DNA from: a virus | Taxonomy: Duplodnaviria > Caudoviricetes | IMG/VR virus record: IMGVR_UViG_3300009424_000315 | Span: 1-24,409 of that record | Strand: one strand, 5' to 3' | Length of the DNA: 24,409 nt | In this document: positions 7,219-13,152 of the stretch, one piece after another | How positions within the stretch are numbered: the stretch's first letter is position 1 | Layout: each line of letters begins with the position of its first letter | Notes under the pieces: generated by a model | Databases searched by the model: none | What the model saw: the letters and a program-made list of their open reading frames with translations, nothing else | What the model was told of the DNA's origin: nothing | Position numbers and translations under genes: made by a program

Positions 7219-8751
7219 ATGTCAGACGCTCAAACAGACGCCCCCATCGTGCGTAACGCTACGTTAATTCATATCAGTGATATTGTTACACCGCCCGGTC
7301 GCCAACGAAAGCACTTTGACACGGTTAAATTGCAGGAATTAGAAAACTCTATCTTTGACAGTAGTGCCGGGTTAATCCACGCTATTCAAGTCGTAGAGAT
7401 TGATGGCGAGTATCAGCTTGTTGCCGGAGAGCGCCGGTTGCGCGCGATACTTGCGCGCTTGTCGAAAAATCCTGAAGCAACTTTTATCTATAACGGATTG
7501 TCCGTTCCGCCGTATTATTTCCCGGTAACAGTAGCTGCAAATAGCGAAGAAGTAACACTTGTCGAAGCCGAATTAGCAGAAAACGTAACAAGGGCTGATT
7601 TATCGTGGCAAGAAAGAGTAGAAGCCGAAGCTCGTTTACATGCCTTGAAAAAGAAATTTAACCCGACCCAAACATTCGCACAGACAGCTGCACTTATAAC
7701 AACAAACCGTGATGAAAAAGGACAACCTGCGCCAAACAATCACGACTCGCAGCGGATTAAAGAGTCAGAGCTTATCATGGCTTACATGGATAATCCTAGT
7801 GTTAAAAAAGCAAGCAACCGGAGGCAGGCTTATACAGCTGCTGCGGTTGCAGCAGAGGAAGATTTTCGCCGGGTGCTGCGGAAAAAGATAACCGAAAAAC
7901 CGGTGCAAGAAGAAACCGCACAGGAAGAAAATCAAGCGCTTAAAAAAAATGATAATCCTCAAACTCCCTCTGACAATTTAATTCTTGATGTAGTTTACGA
8001 CGGAGAAAAATATATCTACGGAAGGCATAAACTTTATCACGGAGATGCTTTGGAAATCTTTCCAACTCTCCCCGACAATACATTTAACTTAGTAATCACC
8101 GATCCTCCTTACGGCATTGACACAACCGTTTTTGGGTCACCAAGTAACTTTGCCCATAATTACGATCACACCGATGCTGAATTACTTTACCGAGAATTGT
8201 GCATTACGCTAGCGCGTGTTTGCACAACGGAAGCCCACGTGTATATTTTTATCGCTGCAAACGATGAAAATATTTTTAATCTCTGCCAAGAGTTGCTGTC
8301 AAGTGCTGGTTTTAAAGTCCGCGCTCGTCCGCTGATCTGGCACAAGCATTCTCGTGGTTTCCTCACCGACGGCGACAGCCGAGGATGGCGTGCAAGTTAC
8401 GAACAAATTAAACACGCTAGACGTGGTTCTCGTCCCGGCGCCGTTGTGATGGACGATGTTATTCAGTGTGATCCTGTTCACCCAAAAACACGGGTCCACG
8501 CAGCGCAAAAGCCGACAGCACTGTTAGATAAACTTATAAAAATGTCGGGGGTTCCCGGGGATAAACTGCTTGATCCTTTTGCAGGAAGCGGGGCAATCTA
8601 TGTTGCGGCAGAGAAAGCTTCAATTTCTGTAACAGGGATTGAGAAAAACGAAACATCACTTAACTTAGCCTTGGATAGCATGAAAGGAGCAATTAACGAA
8701 GCGCCCCCGCCACTCTCGCCGGATAGTCTCGACGCTGATATACTGTTCTAA
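7219..8751 (+). CDS. ParB/Srx domain fused to a beta-class N4-cytosine/N6-adenine DNA methyltransferase (510 aa)
   Basis: Likely start is ATG 7219 after AAGGA (the track start at 6997 overlaps the helicase). ParB motifs RQRKHF, LVAGERRLRA, EL-x-ENVTR. MTase motif IV TDPPY precedes H-x-x-QKP and motif I DPFAGSG. Confidence 0.9.
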   Translation: MSDAQTDAPIVRNATLIHISDIVTPPGRQRKHFDTVKLQELENSIFDSSAGLIHAIQVVEIDGEYQLVAGERRLRAILARLSKNPEATFIYNGLSVPPYYFPVTVAANSEEVTLVEAELAENVTRADLSWQERVEAEARLHALKKKFNPTQTFAQTAALITTNRDEKGQPAPNNHDSQRIKESELIMAYMDNPSVKKASNRRQAYTAAAVAAEEDFRRVLRKKITEKPVQEETAQEENQALKKNDNPQTPSDNLILDVVYDGEKYIYGRHKLYHGDALEIFPTLPDNTFNLVITDPPYGIDTTVFGSPSNFAHNYDHTDAELLYRELCITLARVCTTEAHVYIFIAANDENIFNLCQELLSSAGFKVRARPLIWHKHSRGFLTDGDSRGWRASYEQIKHARRGSRPGAVVMDDVIQCDPVHPKTRVHAAQKPTALLDKLIKMSGVPGDKLLDPFAGSGAIYVAAEKASISVTGIEKNETSLNLALDSMKGAINEAPPPLSPDSLDADILF

Positions 8752-8762
8752 AGGAACTTACA

Positions 8763-10529
8763 ATGACACAAACTTTCCGTGGGAGTTACGGGCAGCGTTC
8801 CGGTAATCCGTTAATGGTAGTAGGAAGTTACTTTTCTTCAACCGAACAGCAAGCCAACCGCCCATTCCAGGGAACATCTGGGAGAGAACTACGAGAAGAA
8901 TTTGTGCAAGCCGGACTTAACCTAGATGCTTGTTTTCAAACTAATGTTGTTAATGTAGCTCCTGGCGGTAACGACATTAAAGAATTACTTTTCTCTAACA
9001 TAGAAGCAAAAGCTGCTGGAATACCAAAAGAAGGTTTGTTTGGGCTTTACCCTAAACCAACTTTATTAGATGGCTTACAAGAACTCTCGCGGGCGATAGA
9101 TTGTGTGCGCCCAAAAGCGATCATTGCTCTCGGTAATCTCCCGTTGTGGGCGCTGACAAAAGGCACCGCCGGGACCATTATAGCTAAAGAAGGTTATAAG
9201 CAGCCAAGCGGCATCACTGCTTGGCACGGGTCAATGTTGCGAGAAAGCGCAACAAATATTCCTGTGCTCCCTGTCTATGAACCATCTTATATTTTGCGAG
9301 CTTGGGAAGATCGCGCCCGCAATATCCCGACCCTTGCTAGGAGATTAAAGCAATTAAATACATGGGATGAACCTCCAATGAACTTTATTTTTCCGGAGAA
9401 ATATGACGAAGATAATTATAATAAATTAATGCTTCATCTTGTCCAGCTTTACTATCATCTGAATAATGCGCAAAAACCGATTATCATAACAGCTGATATA
9501 GAAACACGAAATTCAATGGTTGAGTGCATCGGGATAGGATGGACGGCGACAGATGCTGTTTGTATTCCACTATATGATATTCTAACGGAGAGCCGTTCTT
9601 GCTGGACTGTCACGCAAGAAACACAGTTAATGTATTATGTGCGAGCTATTCTTTCGCACCCAAATGCGCAAGTTTGTGGGCAAAACTTCTTGTTTGATAT
9701 ACAGTATTTACGCTATTACTTTGGGTTAAATGTAAACCTTCAGCATGACACAATGATCGCGCGGCATGTGATCTATCCAGGAACACCTTTAGGGTTAGAT
9801 TATTTATCTAGTGTTTATTGTGAACATCATGTTTACTGGAAAGCAGATGGAAAAGAAGCAGCTGCAAACGATGATAAATTAAAACGTTGGGAATATAACT
9901 GTCGTGATTGCGTCAAAACCTATGAAATTATTACACTTGCTTTGCGCCAAATAGCTTCTTTAAATCTGCAATGGCAGTATGTTATCCAAATGCAGAGAGT
10001 AAAGCAAACAACAGGAGCGGGGCACCCAAACGCAGCTATGATGGTTCGCGGAGTGCGCGCTGATATAGCGCGTCGAACGCAAGAAACGATTGCACATATA
10101 GAAGTTTACGAAAATACTATCTATAAACTTGAAGCAATTGTCCCGGAAAGCTGCCGACCGGAGAAAAGTAAAACATCAAAATCTCCGTGGTATAGCAGTC
10201 CTTCGCAGCTTGCTGATTTGTTTTATCGTGTTCTTGGCTGTAAGAAAATGTATAATAAGAAAACCGGAGAGGTTACTACAGATGATGCAGCATTAAGTAA
10301 AATAGGAAAGCGTTATCCAGAACTATCTCCGCTTACGGAAACACTTTCTCAGCTTCGTTCTCTTGCTGTGTTTGGCAACTTTCTTCGTATGCGTTTAGGC
10401 CCCGATGAGCGTATTCGCTGCACATACTCGCCGACCACCGAAACTTTTCGTTACCGCTCAAGCGCAGATGTGTTTGGCTATGGGACGAATTTGCAAAATA
10501 TCCCTAAGGGAAATGAAGAAGAGGACTGA
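8763..10529 (+). CDS. DNA polymerase A, N-terminal part: UDG-like domain + 3'-5' exonuclease + thumb
   Basis: Family-4 UDG-like pattern (RPFQGTSG, TNVV, P-x-x-IIALG). Exo I ADIET, Exo II GQNFLFD, Exo III YNCRD. Thumb SPSQLADLFY and TDDAAL. Ends R-x-RSS...NLQNIP. Confidence 0.9.
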   Translation: MTQTFRGSYGQRSGNPLMVVGSYFSSTEQQANRPFQGTSGRELREEFVQAGLNLDACFQTNVVNVAPGGNDIKELLFSNIEAKAAGIPKEGLFGLYPKPTLLDGLQELSRAIDCVRPKAIIALGNLPLWALTKGTAGTIIAKEGYKQPSGITAWHGSMLRESATNIPVLPVYEPSYILRAWEDRARNIPTLARRLKQLNTWDEPPMNFIFPEKYDEDNYNKLMLHLVQLYYHLNNAQKPIIITADIETRNSMVECIGIGWTATDAVCIPLYDILTESRSCWTVTQETQLMYYVRAILSHPNAQVCGQNFLFDIQYLRYYFGLNVNLQHDTMIARHVIYPGTPLGLDYLSSVYCEHHVYWKADGKEAAANDDKLKRWEYNCRDCVKTYEIITLALRQIASLNLQWQYVIQMQRVKQTTGAGHPNAAMMVRGVRADIARRTQETIAHIEVYENTIYKLEAIVPESCRPEKSKTSKSPWYSSPSQLADLFYRVLGCKKMYNKKTGEVTTDDAALSKIGKRYPELSPLTETLSQLRSLAVFGNFLRMRLGPDERIRCTYSPTTETFRYRSSADVFGYGTNLQNIPKGNEEED

Positions 10530-10532
10530 CCA

Positions 10533-11444
10533 ATGGTAGCTCAGCATATCCGCCTTCCTAACATTCGGCGTCTCTTTGCGCCTGACCGCGGAAAGATAAT
10601 TTTTGACGCGGACCTTCAAGGAGCTGACGCGCAAATCGTTGCGTGGGAGGCGGGAGATGAGCGCTTAAAAGAAGCCTTCCGCCAGAAAAAGAAAGTTCAT
10701 ATTGTAAACGCTAGAGATATGTGGCCAGACAAAACTAAAAACATGACAGATGATGAGATTAAAAACACTAAAATGTATCCCGATATAAAACGGGCAGTGC
10801 ATGGAACAAATTATGGCGGAGGCGCCCCGGGACTTGCGGAAACACTTAAGTGGTCAGTTAAAGATGCTATAGTTTTCCAAGAACGTTGGTTTTTCTTGAA
10901 CCCGGGAATTAAAGCTTGGCACGAGAGAACCGAACGCTTTTTGTTCGGGCAGCAGTGCTGGGCGTGCCGCGCATTTCCGGAAGGTCCGCGGTCTCGTTGT
11001 GATGCTTGTGGCGCGGTTCTCGGCGCAACTGTTAAAAACCAATTCGGGTACAGAAGAAAATATTTTGAGCGTGTAGAAGGATTGTTGCCGGCGGCGCTAG
11101 CTTGGGGACCGCAAAGTAGTGTCGCTTTCTGCACCGAAATTGGATGGATGAATTTGTTTCAGACACCCGAAGAAATTGACAAAATAATAACTACAATTTT
11201 CGGGCAAACTCTGATGCGGCCAACGCGCGAACTTATAGTTGAGCCTGACGCAGCAATCCGTTATCGCGATGTTGTGCAAGCATTGCTGCAAGTTCACGAT
11301 AGTTTTGTCGGGCAACTACCGAAAGAACTGAAAGATGAATTACCAAAGGTTGTAGATGCTATGCGTGTTCGCGTCCCTTACCCCGAACCTTTAGTTATTG
11401 GAATGGGGTATAAGTGGAGTGAGACTTCTTGGGGTGAGTGCTAA
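10533..11444 (+). CDS. DNA polymerase A, C-terminal catalytic (palm/fingers) part
   Basis: IRRLFAP, motif A DADLQGADAQ, motif B KRAVHGTNYG, FGYRR, motif C LLQVHDS. Has its own SD GAGGA at 10521-10525. Confidence 0.9.
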   Translation: MVAQHIRLPNIRRLFAPDRGKIIFDADLQGADAQIVAWEAGDERLKEAFRQKKKVHIVNARDMWPDKTKNMTDDEIKNTKMYPDIKRAVHGTNYGGGAPGLAETLKWSVKDAIVFQERWFFLNPGIKAWHERTERFLFGQQCWACRAFPEGPRSRCDACGAVLGATVKNQFGYRRKYFERVEGLLPAALAWGPQSSVAFCTEIGWMNLFQTPEEIDKIITTIFGQTLMRPTRELIVEPDAAIRYRDVVQALLQVHDSFVGQLPKELKDELPKVVDAMRVRVPYPEPLVIGMGYKWSETSWGEC

Positions 11445-11454
11445 CAACCGTAAA

Positions 11455-11488
11455 TGCGCGTATAAATGATAACCAGTATGCGCGCAAT
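11455..11488. promoter_or_regulatory. copy 2 of the 34-bp palindromic element
   Basis: TGCGCGTATAAATGATAACCAGTATGCGCGCAAT is 31/34 identical to 2110-2143; intergenic. Confidence 0.8.
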
Positions 11489-11502
11489 AACAGGAGCCAA
11501 CT

Positions 11503-11856
11503 ATGATTTACCTTGCTTCCCCTTACTCCCACAAAAACCTCAATATACAGGAGCGCCGTTACGAAGCTACTTGCGCGGCAACAGCACGCTTGATTAAAAA
11601 AGGAGATTGTGTATTCTCGCCGATTGTCCATTGCCATGTATTAGCGGTAAAGTTTAAACTAAAAACAGACGCAGAAACCTGGAAGTGGTATAACACAATG
11701 ATAATAAATCGGTGCAATGCTCTTTGGGTATTAGCTCTTCCCGGTTACACTAAAAGTTTTGGGGTCAACTATGAAATTAACTATGCCCAAGAACGTGGAT
11801 TACATGTAAAAGTTATAATGCCGACAGAAGAAGAATTGCAACTTGTTAAAGAGTAA
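11503..11856 (+). CDS. DUF1937 / nucleoside 2-deoxyribosyltransferase-like protein
   Basis: MIYLASPYS, VFSPIVH-x-H and G-x-x-x-S-x-GV-x-x-EI-x-x-A motifs; SD AGGAG. Confidence 0.8.
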   Translation: MIYLASPYSHKNLNIQERRYEATCAATARLIKKGDCVFSPIVHCHVLAVKFKLKTDAETWKWYNTMIINRCNALWVLALPGYTKSFGVNYEINYAQERGLHVKVIMPTEEELQLVKE

Positions 11857-11861
11857 TCTTC

Positions 11862-13139
11862 ATGACACGCAAACTAAAAAACTGGCTTAAAACTTACTTG
11901 CAATTCACAAAGTTCAGCGAAGCTCCGGAAATTTTTCATTTCTGGACTGCGGTTTCTACCCTAGCCGGAGCGTTACAAAGACGGGTTTGGATTGACCAGC
12001 GTTATTTCCAGTGGACACCTAATAAATATATCATTCTTGTAGCTCCGCCGGGGATCGCAACAAAATCTACCTCGATGGGCATCGGGCTTTCCCTCCTTGA
12101 ACAAGTCCCCGGCATAAACTTTGGCCCATCAAGCATGTCTTGGCAGTCATTAACAAAAGCTTTTACTGAAGTTCAAGTAGACTTTCCGATCAACGGAGAG
12201 ACCGAACCAAGTAAAGCTATTTATGCCACCCAATCTGCGATAACTTGTAGCGTTTCCGAGTTAGGAACGTTTTTAAATCCGCGCGATCAAGACCTTGTAG
12301 ATTTTCTTACCGACATGTGGGAAGGTAAAAAGCGTGTCTGGGTGAGAGAAACTTTTGCGCACGGGAGACAGGAGATCGTAAATCCGTGGCTTAATCTAAT
12401 CGGAGGCACGACCCCGGCGTGGTTAAAAGCTTCTGTCCCAGAAGCAATGATCGGAGGCGGACTTGCTTCCCGAATAGTGTTTGTTTACGGAGATCGAAAG
12501 CGCCACTTTAATGCTTATCCTGGACTATCTTCCCCGACCGAAGAATACAATAGAACCGAAGAAGCTCTTGTGCATGACCTCTGCTTGATTTCTGAAATGG
12601 TGGGAGAAATGTTTCTAACAGAAGAAGCTATTCTTTGGGGGCAAACTTGGTATCAAGAGCACTGGACAAGCCGTCCAATCCATATGGCGAGCGATAGGTT
12701 TGAGGGATATATATCACGCAAGCAAACTCACGTTCACAAGCTAGCAATGATTATACAAGCAGCAAAAGGGCCATCTTTACTAGTAGAAAAAGACTCACTT
12801 ATTGCCGCGAATAAAATCATAACCGCAACAGAATATGACATGCTTCAAGTGTTTGAGAGTATTGGGGTTGCGCCCACTGCGCGTTCTCTGCACGAGATAG
12901 TCTCTTTCCTGCAAACGCACGAAGAACAGAATATCCCTGTAAGCGAGCAAATGCTTTTACGGCATTGCTTGCATACGCAAGACGCGCGATCCTACGAAGA
13001 AGCAATGACAACGGGGATAAAAGCAGGTTACTTTAAAATAATCTCGGGGTCCCCCAATACTTTCAAACTCACAGCAGACCCGCGCGAAATTAGAAAGCAA
13101 CTTACGCGAACGGAAGATTCTCCAAGCAATGATCTTTAG
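11862..13139 (+). CDS. DUF3987/YfjI-like P-loop ATPase, putative replicative helicase
   Basis: SEAP-x-x-FH-x-W, PN-x-YIILVAPPG-x-x-x-KST (Walker A variant), VSELG (Walker B-like), LNLIGGTTP, GLASRIVFV (Arg-finger-like). Confidence 0.7.
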   Translation: MTRKLKNWLKTYLQFTKFSEAPEIFHFWTAVSTLAGALQRRVWIDQRYFQWTPNKYIILVAPPGIATKSTSMGIGLSLLEQVPGINFGPSSMSWQSLTKAFTEVQVDFPINGETEPSKAIYATQSAITCSVSELGTFLNPRDQDLVDFLTDMWEGKKRVWVRETFAHGRQEIVNPWLNLIGGTTPAWLKASVPEAMIGGGLASRIVFVYGDRKRHFNAYPGLSSPTEEYNRTEEALVHDLCLISEMVGEMFLTEEAILWGQTWYQEHWTSRPIHMASDRFEGYISRKQTHVHKLAMIIQAAKGPSLLVEKDSLIAANKIITATEYDMLQVFESIGVAPTARSLHEIVSFLQTHEEQNIPVSEQMLLRHCLHTQDARSYEEAMTTGIKAGYFKIISGSPNTFKLTADPREIRKQLTRTEDSPSNDL

Positions 13140-13152
13140 ATTAACTTAATGC

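Noticed and set aside
7219-8751. Complete restriction-modification system
   Set aside because: No adjacent restriction endonuclease; the only nuclease gene belongs to the recombination module.
10527-10535. Intron or intein interrupting the polymerase, or a selenocysteine codon
   Set aside because: Only 3 nt separate the halves and there are no intein terminal residues. The TGA is in a variable loop rather than at a conserved Cys position, and no clear SECIS-like hairpin follows.
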